From an uncultured Myxococcales bacterium (GTDB lineage: Bacteria > Myxococcota_A > UBA9042), in the NCBI GenBank assembly GCA_903840165.1, contig CAIMEY010000002.1, positions 133,109 to 197,108 on the forward strand: a stretch of 64,000 nt of DNA, read 5' to 3'. Shown here in pieces: positions 49,823 through 58,888 of the stretch; position 1 is the first letter of the stretch; every line of letters starts with the position of its first letter. The notes beneath the pieces are model-generated. The model was given only the letters and a program-made list of their open reading frames with translations. It was not told where the DNA came from and did no database searches. A program made the position numbers and the translations under genes.

Positions 49823-50177
49823 CGAAGCTCCGTCGCGCGGGCGTAAGGTGTGGCCCGCCGTTCTGGCGCGGTGCCGTCGTCCAGCAGCTGGCTCGACGGG
49901 CGACGATCGGCGATTTGCTCAAGGAATTCGCATGGCCACCCGACCATTCGCGCCCCTCCGTGAGGGCATACCGCCTCGTGCTGCGCAGTCTAGCCTTGCG
50001 CTAGCGTCCCCGCAACCTGCCGATCCGCCCGGCGATCCATTGCTTTGCAGCCCGACGCGGCGCACGGGCCGTGTTTAGGCACTTGGCGATCAGCGGCCGG
50101 CAAGCCGGGGACGTGCCCTCGGCTTTGGGCAACACTGGCGCAGTGGCTCCCGCATTGTGCCCAAATTCAGGAATCAT

Positions 50178-50513
50178 CTAGCGGACGTATTTGTCCTCAA
50201 GCCGCACTACGTCGTCGAGTTCCGGCGTCGATACTTCCACCAGACGCACATCGCAGTCGTCGGCACCGAAGCGATGCACTGTGCCCGGCGTGACGTGAAA
50301 GACCTCTCCGGGCTTGAGGAATCGGACTTCGGGCGGGTTGCGCCCCACTTCTAGCCTGAGGATGCCTTCTAGCACGCAGACCGTTTCCTCTTTGCGTTCA
50401 TGGTATTGACGCGAAAGAATCTCGCCGCGGCGAATGACCAGAAACTTGCCGGCGTACCGCGACGTCTCCGCCCAAATTTCTTCATGTCCCCAAGGCTTTT
50501 CAACGACGCGCAT
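50178..50513 (-). CDS. Cupin protein (mannose-6-phosphate isomerase C-terminal-like)
   Basis: KPWGHE, LSRQYHERKEET, PGTVHRF, EVSTPELDDVVRLEDKY. Confidence 0.88.
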   Translation of the reverse strand: MRVVEKPWGHEEIWAETSRYAGKFLVIRRGEILSRQYHERKEETVCVLEGILRLEVGRNPPEVRFLKPGEVFHVTPGTVHRFGADDCDVRLVEVSTPELDDVVRLEDKYVR

Positions 50514-50660
50514 GAACCTCTCCTTTGCCCGGCAGCGGCGATTGCCGCCAAAACCGGGAGACACTGACAACAACTGACCCGGACGCGCAGCGACGCCGAG
50601 TGCACCTAAACTGCAGTAAGTAGCTGAAATTTAGGCCAATAGCCCGACCCAACTTTGGCC

Positions 50661-51134
50661 CTAACCCATCGACGCGGGCCTTTGCGTCTTGAGGCGCACG
50701 GTCACCTCCGTTCGCCACTGGTCGGCCGGCAATTCATCATGCGGTCCAACAAGATAGACCTCGGTGGCCCCTTCCGCTAGCAGCCAGCGGTGGTCATCCA
50801 CCCAGGTGGACAGTGCGTCGTAGGCTCGGCCAATATCCTGATACGAACCAACGTGTTGCGCGACAGCAACGTGGGCAGGCGGCAGCATCGTCGTGCGCAG
50901 ATCGGCCGTTGCCGGGAATTCTTCAGCCACGGGCACGCAGATGCGCGCGTTCACTGCACCGGGGTCCTGCGTATCGGCCGCGTACAAGGCCATAGGCGGT
51001 CCCTGAGGGACAGCGCCCGCCCGGTGAACCGCCGCCAAGAGCGCGCGGACCGCTTCAGCAATGCCTTCACTGGCACCGCAATAGCTCTGAAACGCCACGC
51101 GAACTGCTGGATAGATTGCCTCTTGCACTGCCAC
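50661..51134 (-). CDS. GyrI-like small-molecule-binding protein
   Basis: GPPMALY, ICVPV, HVGSYQDIGRAY, EVYLVGP..WRTEV. Confidence 0.85.
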   Translation of the reverse strand: MAVQEAIYPAVRVAFQSYCGASEGIAEAVRALLAAVHRAGAVPQGPPMALYAADTQDPGAVNARICVPVAEEFPATADLRTTMLPPAHVAVAQHVGSYQDIGRAYDALSTWVDDHRWLLAEGATEVYLVGPHDELPADQWRTEVTVRLKTQRPASMG

Positions 51135-51325
51135 GTAGTTGGTCCCCCCGGTCCGCGGTCCAGTCTAGCCTTCAGAGGTGGCAATTACAAGCGAAACTCT
51201 TGGACGGTTTGACAGGCAGGAGGGCCTTGGCGATCCTCAGCCGGTTGCCATCGACGGGCAGTCGTCCGTGGTTCCATAGGTTTTTGGGCCGCAACTGCCA
51301 TGCCGGCCGCGGCTTGAGAGGGTGA

Positions 51326-51970
51326 ATGCGCCGTTTGGCTATGGGATCGTTGTGGATTGGCTTGATGCTGACGGTGGCCACTGCGGCGTGCAGTGGTGCC
51401 TCTAGCAATGAGATATCCTTAGAGAATTTGCCGCAGACCGATGGCATTCGGCATACGATTTCCCAGAGTCGAGCAAGCGTCCTCATTCCAAAGGGTTGGC
51501 GAATTGCCGCGCCCACTTCGTGGCTGAGGCAGGTAGCGCCAGAGTTAGCAATTCTCTTGCACATTGAGCGATTGCCTGAGCCCGAGGGTGGAGCTCAGAC
51601 CTACGTCGACCGGATGATTGCCGACACGACCAGCGCCGGCGAGGCCGACATAGAGTCCGACCGTCGCGTGCGCCTAGGCGATTTGGACGCGCGCTTGGTG
51701 CAAACCGTTGAGCTGCGCGGTGCAGCGCCTAAGGCTTTGTGGAGTTTGGTCGTTAGCGCCGAAGATGGCATGTGGCTGGCCAGTGTTCTTGGCCCCGTAA
51801 GTGATCTGCGCGCCAAGCGTTCCGAGGTGATGGCTGCGCTGCTGTCCCTGAGGATCGACGCGCCGCCAGGGGCTCCGCGTCAGGATGGTAGGCCCTTGCC
51901 TCCAGAGCTGGAACTCGAGTTGCCAGAGGCGGTTACGCCCAGCGAGAGCTCGGCGCCACCAAGGAAGTAG
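51326..51970 (+). CDS. Hypothetical lipoprotein
   Basis: GAGG before ATG; lipobox TAAC. Confidence 0.7.
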   Translation: MRRLAMGSLWIGLMLTVATAACSGASSNEISLENLPQTDGIRHTISQSRASVLIPKGWRIAAPTSWLRQVAPELAILLHIERLPEPEGGAQTYVDRMIADTTSAGEADIESDRRVRLGDLDARLVQTVELRGAAPKALWSLVVSAEDGMWLASVLGPVSDLRAKRSEVMAALLSLRIDAPPGAPRQDGRPLPPELELELPEAVTPSESSAPPRK

Positions 51971-52084
51971 GCCTTGGTTAGGGACCCGGAAAGCCTGGTT
52001 GATTGTGCGCGGGCGCGTCCTGATATTTAGGAAAAATCAAGTGTTGTGATGCGCTTGGGGCATTTCACGTCGCCCGGGCTAGTG

Positions 52085-52738
52085 CTAAAATGCCCAGCCA
52101 ACGGCCGCGCGCACCATCGGCAGCAGGAGCCAGGCATTGGCGACTTCACCTGGCGCGTTGGCGTTGTGGGTAAACTGGCTGATTTGCATCATTTCTAGAC
52201 CCGCATCGCCATCCACGGTCAGTCCGAAGGGCCAAATGTAGCGTCCGCCCAAGTGAACGCCACCACCGGTGCCCCCCCCCTCGGCCGTGTAGCCGGTGAG
52301 CGAAGATTTGTTAGAAATGCCAAGCAATTGCGCGCCAATGCGTAGGCCCCGGTCAAAGGTGCCGACCACGTAATAGTTGCCGCCGGCGCCGAGACCGAAC
52401 GAACGGATGTTGTCCAGCGCCGTTTGGCCATACGTGTTGGACACGGTCTGTCCCTGGTACAGAATGCCAAGATGGCCAAATAACGTGAATTTTGGATCCG
52501 TCACGTACTCGGCGCTGAGGCCCATCCAGGGCAGGACTGGCGCGGTGCCGTCGGACTGGTTGACGCGCATGGCAAAACTGCCGACGCCCACAGCGAGCCA
52601 GTGCGGGCGGTTGGGCCGGGAAATGGCTTCCGGCTCGGGGTCTTTGCCCCAGTTGTCGTCATTGGCCCAGGCGAGGCTGGCCAGTGGCAGCGAAACAAGT
52701 AGTGAAATCAGTGCTATCCAGGGGTTGATACGGCTCAT
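52085..52738 (-). CDS. Putative outer-membrane beta-barrel protein
   Basis: GGAGG before ATG, signal peptide, amphipathic beta-strands and a terminal VGWAF. Confidence 0.75.
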   Translation of the reverse strand: MSRINPWIALISLLVSLPLASLAWANDDNWGKDPEPEAISRPNRPHWLAVGVGSFAMRVNQSDGTAPVLPWMGLSAEYVTDPKFTLFGHLGILYQGQTVSNTYGQTALDNIRSFGLGAGGNYYVVGTFDRGLRIGAQLLGISNKSSLTGYTAEGGGTGGGVHLGGRYIWPFGLTVDGDAGLEMMQISQFTHNANAPGEVANAWLLLPMVRAAVGWAF

Positions 52739-52853
52739 AGCCACCTCCGGCGAAAGGCAATCGCGACGCTTGAAAGGCCATGGGCGCAGGTCGCTAGTTT
52801 CGTTTGAAATTGCAGTCTTTTTTCGCCATGGTGGCGGTCCATACTGCCCAGGC

Positions 52854-54245
52854 TTAGTGGCCACCCCGTCCCGGTCTGACGTTCCACAGCGTAGAGATGA
52901 GGACGCTGCCAATCAAGGCAAAGACAATGGGTGCAAAGGCCCAGACTTTCCAGCCATATCCGTCGAGCAGTCGGCCCATTCCGATGCCAACGATGGAGCC
53001 GGCGAGGTACTGGGCGCCGTCAAAGAGGCCGGCTGCCGTCGCGACCGCCTTGCGTCCGCCGAAGTCCATCGAGGCAGCGCCACCGACCATGGAGTGCGCC
53101 GCCTGGATGCATAGCGAGACCAGGATCAGCATCGTCATTGAAATCCAAGGGGAAGGTGCGAAATTGTCGGCCGAGCCGAGCAGGGCCAAACAAATGGCCT
53201 GACCGATGAAGGCAAAGGCGATCACCGGGGCGCGGCGGGCACCGAAGACCCGATCGGAGACGTTGCCTGCGATCAAGCCACCGATAATGGCGGCCACAGG
53301 CATGCCCACGGAAGCGATTTGGTAGGGAAGGAAATGACCTAAGGCCTTGGGATCAATGTGATAGACGTTGCTGAAGTACTTGGCCCACCAATGGTCCACT
53401 GAGTTGCGCACAAAGCCGATCATCATCGATGACAGGGCGATGACCCACATGGTCCGATTTGCAAAGACCTTTTTCAGGACAAATCCCATCGTGGCAGGAG
53501 CTTCGGCCTCTTCTTTGGTCAGGTCGCCGGTGTCAAATTCGCCTAACCCAGCATCGGCCGGGCTGTTTTCAACCATCGCGCGGTTGGCAAAGAACAGAAG
53601 GGCCAGTGCGGTGGCGGGCACCCAAAACACGTATTGCCAAGGCAAGAAGGCCAAGATGAACGGGCCGACCGAGAAGGCCAGGGTACGGCCTGACTGGATC
53701 ATGATGCCGAATATACCTGCAAAACTACCGCGTTCTGAGACGTGGAACCAGTGGGCATTGATCTTGACGATGGAAAGTGCGCCAAAGGACTGAAAGTAGT
53801 GGTTGAGGCCCCACAAGATCGCGAAAACATTGATCGCAGCGGCCGTTGATAGGCCGAATTGCAAAGTAGCCGGCGTGACCACAGACTTGGCATCTGGGGT
53901 CCAAATGGCGGCCTTGTTCAGCATTAAATAGCCGAAACCAAAGAGTAAGTTGAAAACGGCCGAGCCCGCGCTGCCGATGAGGATGGCGCGCTTGCCGCCG
54001 AACTTGTCCGCCAAGGGCCCGTTGAGGAAAACCGAAAAGGCGTAGACGATGGTGCCGGCGGAAATGACCGTGCCTAACTGCGTGTTAGTCCAGCCAAATG
54101 TCGATGCCAAGTAGGCTGACACGGCGCTGAAGTTGTAGCGGCCCATGTAGAAAAAGCCGTACATCATGCCGAGGAGTAGCCAGTTTTGGACCCGTCGCCG
54201 ACGGAAGGCCGGAGTCAGGCGCGCTGAGAGTTCCGAATTCACCAA
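52854..54245 (-). CDS. MFS transporter, OPA (GlpT/UhpC) family
   Basis: YGFFYMGRYNF, GPLADKFGGK, HWFHVSERG, TAAGLFD...YLAG. Confidence 0.9.
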   Translation of the reverse strand: MVNSELSARLTPAFRRRRVQNWLLLGMMYGFFYMGRYNFSAVSAYLASTFGWTNTQLGTVISAGTIVYAFSVFLNGPLADKFGGKRAILIGSAGSAVFNLLFGFGYLMLNKAAIWTPDAKSVVTPATLQFGLSTAAAINVFAILWGLNHYFQSFGALSIVKINAHWFHVSERGSFAGIFGIMIQSGRTLAFSVGPFILAFLPWQYVFWVPATALALLFFANRAMVENSPADAGLGEFDTGDLTKEEAEAPATMGFVLKKVFANRTMWVIALSSMMIGFVRNSVDHWWAKYFSNVYHIDPKALGHFLPYQIASVGMPVAAIIGGLIAGNVSDRVFGARRAPVIAFAFIGQAICLALLGSADNFAPSPWISMTMLILVSLCIQAAHSMVGGAASMDFGGRKAVATAAGLFDGAQYLAGSIVGIGMGRLLDGYGWKVWAFAPIVFALIGSVLISTLWNVRPGRGGH

Positions 54246-54469
54246 AGGGGCCTCCTAAGAATCGTGCGCAGCCCATGCGGGTGCGGCCCAAGGCGTAGTA
54301 ACACAAGCGGTTGCGGCAAGTGTCAAGTGCGGCTGGCGGCTCTGTCGCGCTTGTTCCGCGCCCAACCGCGGCACAGTCCTTGGCCTAGCATTGCACGGAG
54401 ATGCACGCACTGGTCGACCGATAACTGGCCATCGCGGCAGATTGCCGTACCATTGAGCTTTGCCCCGAG

Positions 54470-56134
54470 GTGAGTGTGGCGAAGACCGTTTCTGGACAAC
54501 CTCTGCAATCTCAAGCGGAACCACCGCCGAGTGCGACCGATTGCTCGGTTCCTTCAGCGCTCTTGAGCGCCGCAGATGCTGGAATCGCTTCAGGGAATCC
54601 CAGCGATCACGATGACACCGAACCCCACCTGCGCGTTGCCGTGCATGACCGTTCCCGCCTGGAATGGGTGGCGACGGTGCCCCTTGCTCCCCGTGGCAAA
54701 TCAAGGACTTGGGAGATTGTGCTAGAGGCCGATGTTGCCGATGCGATCTGGGTGCCTCACCAACCTTGGGACCATTTCCAAGTGCGCACGCGGCTGACAA
54801 GTCCGCTGCTCCAGCCGGGGCGACGCCAAGCGGGGCCGGCCATCGACCAACTCCGCCGCCGGGGTCTCGCTGCGGTGCATGAGCTCAAGTTGGCGACAAG
54901 ATTGCCGATGCGCATCCTCGAACAGGCGCGGCGTCGCGATCGCACCCTGACCGAGGCCGAAGCCGACTCCGTGATCGTCGCCCTGCATCAGGCGGTGCAG
55001 CGTGCGCAAACTGCCCGTGTGAGTTGGGATTATTTGGTCGATGCCGGTAGCGAGTCCCTGGTGACCGAACAGCGATTGGTCGACGAGTTTTTGTCCTGCC
55101 AAATCCTGATGCTTATCACGCGTTTGACCCAGGCGATGCGCGGACGCGAGATGGTGGGAAGGGCGGCTAAGCCGTTGAAAAGTATCGATGGATCGGTGGC
55201 GCGGCTGGACGCAGCCCTGGCCGACGCGATCTTGGAAGAGCAGGCGTATCGGCGGCGTGTCGGCGTTTCGGCCTATCGGATTCGCGGGCCCCATGACGTT
55301 GAGGTGTACCTCAATCGGGCTGCTGCGCTCAAAAAACACTTTCAGCAAGCGCTGTTCCTAGATGCCCACGCCTACATGCTCGATGCCCGTCTGCGCAACT
55401 GGATCGCCGTCATGGTGGCGATGGTGGCGTCGACGTTCTACTTTGCCGGCCAGATCTGGGTACTTAACGCGGCGATGTCGACGGCGCAGACCACCGTTTC
55501 CCTGGCGATTGCCTGTCTTATCGCGGCCTTGGTCTATGCCGCCAAGGATCGCATCAAAGAAGTCGGCCGGGATTGGGTCGTTCGCCGCGTGAAGAACAGT
55601 TACGCCAATCGAATCGCTAACTTGCATTTGCAGGCGCGCATGGACCCCGAGCAAACAAAGCTCGCCACGGCCCGGGAAACCATCACGGTGACCAAGCGGC
55701 TGGAGCCCGACGTCCTCAATCCCGACCTGGGCCGGACCGCCGCCGTGCACCAGATCATCGTGCGCGAACATCTCAAGCATTCGGGCTTGAAGGTGCTTCA
55801 TGATCAAGGGCTTACGGGGCTCAAGCACGTCTTTCGCTATGACTTATCACCTTTGTTCGACAAGTTGGATGATCAAGCCAAGCAAGTGCCCGTGCTGACT
55901 TCCGAAGGCGTGCGGACCATGGCCGCGGCGCGGGTCTATTCCCTGTCGCTGCGCGTCACACTGCGTGAAGTCGGCGGAACGACGTTGATTACCGAGACGG
56001 GCGAACTGCTTCTGCGCCGCCGAGGGTTGATCCGCTTTGTGCGCGGCAACACGGCCAAAGCCAAGCAAGCGGAAGCCAAGGCTGTGGAACGCACGCCGCT
56101 GCCACTGCGCGCTCGCTTTGCCCTGCCGACTTAG
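54470..56134 (+). CDS. Hypothetical membrane protein (two central TM helices)
   Basis: 554-aa ORF with typical codon bias; a TM pair followed by YAAKDRIKE; start uncertain. Confidence 0.78.
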   Translation: MSVAKTVSGQPLQSQAEPPPSATDCSVPSALLSAADAGIASGNPSDHDDTEPHLRVAVHDRSRLEWVATVPLAPRGKSRTWEIVLEADVADAIWVPHQPWDHFQVRTRLTSPLLQPGRRQAGPAIDQLRRRGLAAVHELKLATRLPMRILEQARRRDRTLTEAEADSVIVALHQAVQRAQTARVSWDYLVDAGSESLVTEQRLVDEFLSCQILMLITRLTQAMRGREMVGRAAKPLKSIDGSVARLDAALADAILEEQAYRRRVGVSAYRIRGPHDVEVYLNRAAALKKHFQQALFLDAHAYMLDARLRNWIAVMVAMVASTFYFAGQIWVLNAAMSTAQTTVSLAIACLIAALVYAAKDRIKEVGRDWVVRRVKNSYANRIANLHLQARMDPEQTKLATARETITVTKRLEPDVLNPDLGRTAAVHQIIVREHLKHSGLKVLHDQGLTGLKHVFRYDLSPLFDKLDDQAKQVPVLTSEGVRTMAAARVYSLSLRVTLREVGGTTLITETGELLLRRRGLIRFVRGNTAKAKQAEAKAVERTPLPLRARFALPT

Positions 56135-56341
56135 GGACCAGCGTGCCAGGATAGCTGCCTGTAAGCACTTGGGATTGTTCGCTGCTAGCCAGGGCGTCGG
56201 CGGTTGCTTGGGCACACCTGCCTGCGCGATGAACCTTTCCCGTCGCCGCGGCAACCTAAGTAGTAGACTGGGTTGCAAGGCAGGCGGCCCAGCGATGCTA
56301 GGTGGTTGTCGCAACGGTTCCGCCACGCCCTGAGGCCCCTC

Positions 56342-56971
56342 ATGATCGCAGCAGTGCCAGACAGGGATGATGCGGTGGATGCTGACGCCATTGATTTGGC
56401 GCTGGTTTCTTCCTATCAGCGCGGCAATGGTCATGCGCTGGCTGAGATCTATCGTCGCCACGGGCGCCGCGTGGAGTCCGTGGCCCGCAACATGATCGGG
56501 CCTTCTAGTGAACTTGAAGATATTGTTCAGGATGTCTTCATCGAATTGCAGCGCGCGCTGTGTAAGTTTCGCGGCGACTGTCGCTTTACAACCTGGCTGC
56601 ACCGAATTACCGTCAATGTTTCGCTGATGTACCTGCGCAAGGGGCGACGACGGGGCTGGCTGCGCTGGATTGGCCTGGACACGCCCGCGGGGAGTCCGGC
56701 GCTGGCTCGGTCAGCCAATGTCGAGAATCGCTATGACGCCCGCGATGTCTGTCGTCAACTGTATGATATTCTGGGTAAAATACCTGAAAAGAAACTGGTC
56801 GTCTTTGTGCTGTTCGAACTCGAAGGCATGCCCCAGGAAGAGATCGCGGCCAGTCTGCAGATTTCAGTCAATACCGTGAAATCACGTTTGTTTCATGCAC
56901 GCCAAGAGGTCTTCGAGTTGGCTAGGTCCCGGGGAATTCTGCCGCCCCATGCCTTGCAGGTCGTCAAGTAG
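56342..56971 (+). CDS. ECF (sigma-70 group 4) sigma factor
   Basis: EDIVQDVF, FRGDCRFTTWLHRITVN, EEIAASL..NTVKSRLFHAR. Confidence 0.93.
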   Translation: MIAAVPDRDDAVDADAIDLALVSSYQRGNGHALAEIYRRHGRRVESVARNMIGPSSELEDIVQDVFIELQRALCKFRGDCRFTTWLHRITVNVSLMYLRKGRRRGWLRWIGLDTPAGSPALARSANVENRYDARDVCRQLYDILGKIPEKKLVVFVLFELEGMPQEEIAASLQISVNTVKSRLFHARQEVFELARSRGILPPHALQVVK

Positions 56972-57000
56972 GCGTCGCACGCCGCGTTATAGGTGAGTCC

Positions 57001-58317
57001 ATGACCACGGAAATGCTACAGAATCAGAGCTGTTTGCCGACAAGCTGTCCCGGCCAAGGTGGTTGGTTGCAACTGCTTTCGGAGCGCGGGTCAAGCGATC
57101 CGCTGCTGGCGCAGCCGCAACTGGCTGAACACTTGGCGAATTGCCCTGCTTGCCAAGCGGAAGTGGCCGATGTTCGGCGATTTCAGACCCTGCTGCTGCG
57201 TGGAAAAACGCCGCAATTGAGCGCAGAACAGCGGCAAGTGACCGAAGCCCGGGTCCGCGAGTTGGCGGCGGCTTGGTCGGCCCCGCCTCGGCTATCGCAG
57301 CGTTGGGTGTGGGGCGTGGCGATCGCGGCCGCAGCGGCGGTGGTAGCCATCGTCGGGCGACCGTATGTTGTGGAACATGCGCAGCAGCAAGAGCTTTGGC
57401 AGAAGCAGCTCGTCGCGGCAACCCTGCCGACAGCGGACAAGCCCGGGCCGGGAATTCGCAGCAGCGCTGTCGAAGGATCGCTGGAAGTGGCCAATCGCGA
57501 TGGCACTTGGCATCCGATGCAGCCTGGTCAGGTTGTGCAGGCTGGGATGCGGTTGCGCGCGGGTGCGACGGCAGCGCGCCTGCTTGTTCCCGGGCGCTTT
57601 GAGCTAAATCTCCAGGCGCATGCGGAGTTAGATGTCTTGGCGACCACGCCGAGCAGCGCCGTTTCTCCGGGCGATGCCGCCCTGCGATTGCGCTCGGGCG
57701 AGGTCGATTGCGCGGTAGAAAAGCTCAACCCTCCTCAGCGATTCATCGTAATGTTTGGTGGTTATCGGGCATCTGTGGTCGGAACTCGATTCGCGGTCCA
57801 GCACGCCATGGCGAGCGCCGGGCTGCAAGTGCAGGTGACCGAAGGGGCCGTGCGCGTGGATCAGGCCGAAGATTGGTGGCATGGCCCCAGCGGTGACACG
57901 GTGACGACGGTCCATGCAGGTCAACGATGGCGCATGGATGGCGGTCGATTGTCCTTGGAACCCATGGCCTTGTCATTGGCCCAGCCTCAATCGGGCCAGC
58001 CTGCTGGGGTCCCGAAAGCGGCGCAATTGAGCGGCTCAGCTCCGGCAGGAGCAGCGATCGGTGGTGAAGATTCAACTGCAATTCCTGTAGGTTCCATGAG
58101 TATTCCCGGTGGGGCCGTTGGCACGACCGTGCGCAGTCGGATTCCCGTCGGCCGCGAGGCAGCGGTGCGCGACGCCCTTGGCAGCGACAGTGCTGGGTCT
58201 GGAGAAACTGGCGATCAAGCTAAGGAAAATCAACCGATTCACCGCAAGCGCAACATCTTGATTGAAGTGCCGCCGCAGGTGATGGGGCCCGAGGAAGGCT
58301 TTGCGGGGCCCCACTAA
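57001..58317 (+). CDS. Anti-sigma factor: ZAS motif, TM helix, FecR domain
   Basis: HLANCPAC, a TM helix, then ASVVGTRFAV..VQVTEGAVRV; directly follows the ECF sigma gene. Confidence 0.88.
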   Translation: MTTEMLQNQSCLPTSCPGQGGWLQLLSERGSSDPLLAQPQLAEHLANCPACQAEVADVRRFQTLLLRGKTPQLSAEQRQVTEARVRELAAAWSAPPRLSQRWVWGVAIAAAAAVVAIVGRPYVVEHAQQQELWQKQLVAATLPTADKPGPGIRSSAVEGSLEVANRDGTWHPMQPGQVVQAGMRLRAGATAARLLVPGRFELNLQAHAELDVLATTPSSAVSPGDAALRLRSGEVDCAVEKLNPPQRFIVMFGGYRASVVGTRFAVQHAMASAGLQVQVTEGAVRVDQAEDWWHGPSGDTVTTVHAGQRWRMDGGRLSLEPMALSLAQPQSGQPAGVPKAAQLSGSAPAGAAIGGEDSTAIPVGSMSIPGGAVGTTVRSRIPVGREAAVRDALGSDSAGSGETGDQAKENQPIHRKRNILIEVPPQVMGPEEGFAGPH

Positions 58318-58384
58318 TCCGAGCTAGGCGAACCGAGCGCCGGTAAGTCGTTGCGGCATTGCGTGTCAGTGGTGCCCAGCGCTT

Positions 58385-58888
58385 TCACAGGTCGACGCCG
58401 ACTCCCGATCCCCAATACCAAATGACGTGAATGCCAGCAATCCCGGCGGTTTTGCTGCCTAATTGCTCGACTCCGGCGCGCAAATCGATGCCGCGTTTGC
58501 GGGTGGGGCGATACGCTAGGCTGGCCTCCAAGCGCCCGACTAGATTGACGCTTTGGTCGTGATTCTTGCTGTTTACGATCGGATCGGTGACTGAGCCGAG
58601 ACCCACGCCAGCGATAAGGCTGGGGATCCAGGTCAGCGCGTCAATCACCACGCGTGCATCGGCCGTAGCGCTGAGGTCACCTGAGGACGCGGAAGAAAAG
58701 CGCGTATGGCCGCGAACGGACACGCCGAAAGCCCAAAAGTCCGAAACGTTTTTAAGCAGTTGCCCCTCGGCACCTAGGCGAGTCAGGTCCCCACCAACGC
58801 CTAGGGACAGCTCGCCTTCTTTGGCCGACGCATGGGCAAGCCCAGGGCAAAGCAGGAGAAATAGGAACACAAAAACAAGTCGTTGCAT
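58385..58888 (-). CDS. Small exported hypothetical protein
   Basis: Signal peptide and beta-strand pattern; start overlaps the ligA stop (TGATG). Confidence 0.7.
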   Translation of the reverse strand: MQRLVFVFLFLLLCPGLAHASAKEGELSLGVGGDLTRLGAEGQLLKNVSDFWAFGVSVRGHTRFSSASSGDLSATADARVVIDALTWIPSLIAGVGLGSVTDPIVNSKNHDQSVNLVGRLEASLAYRPTRKRGIDLRAGVEQLGSKTAGIAGIHVIWYWGSGVGVDL

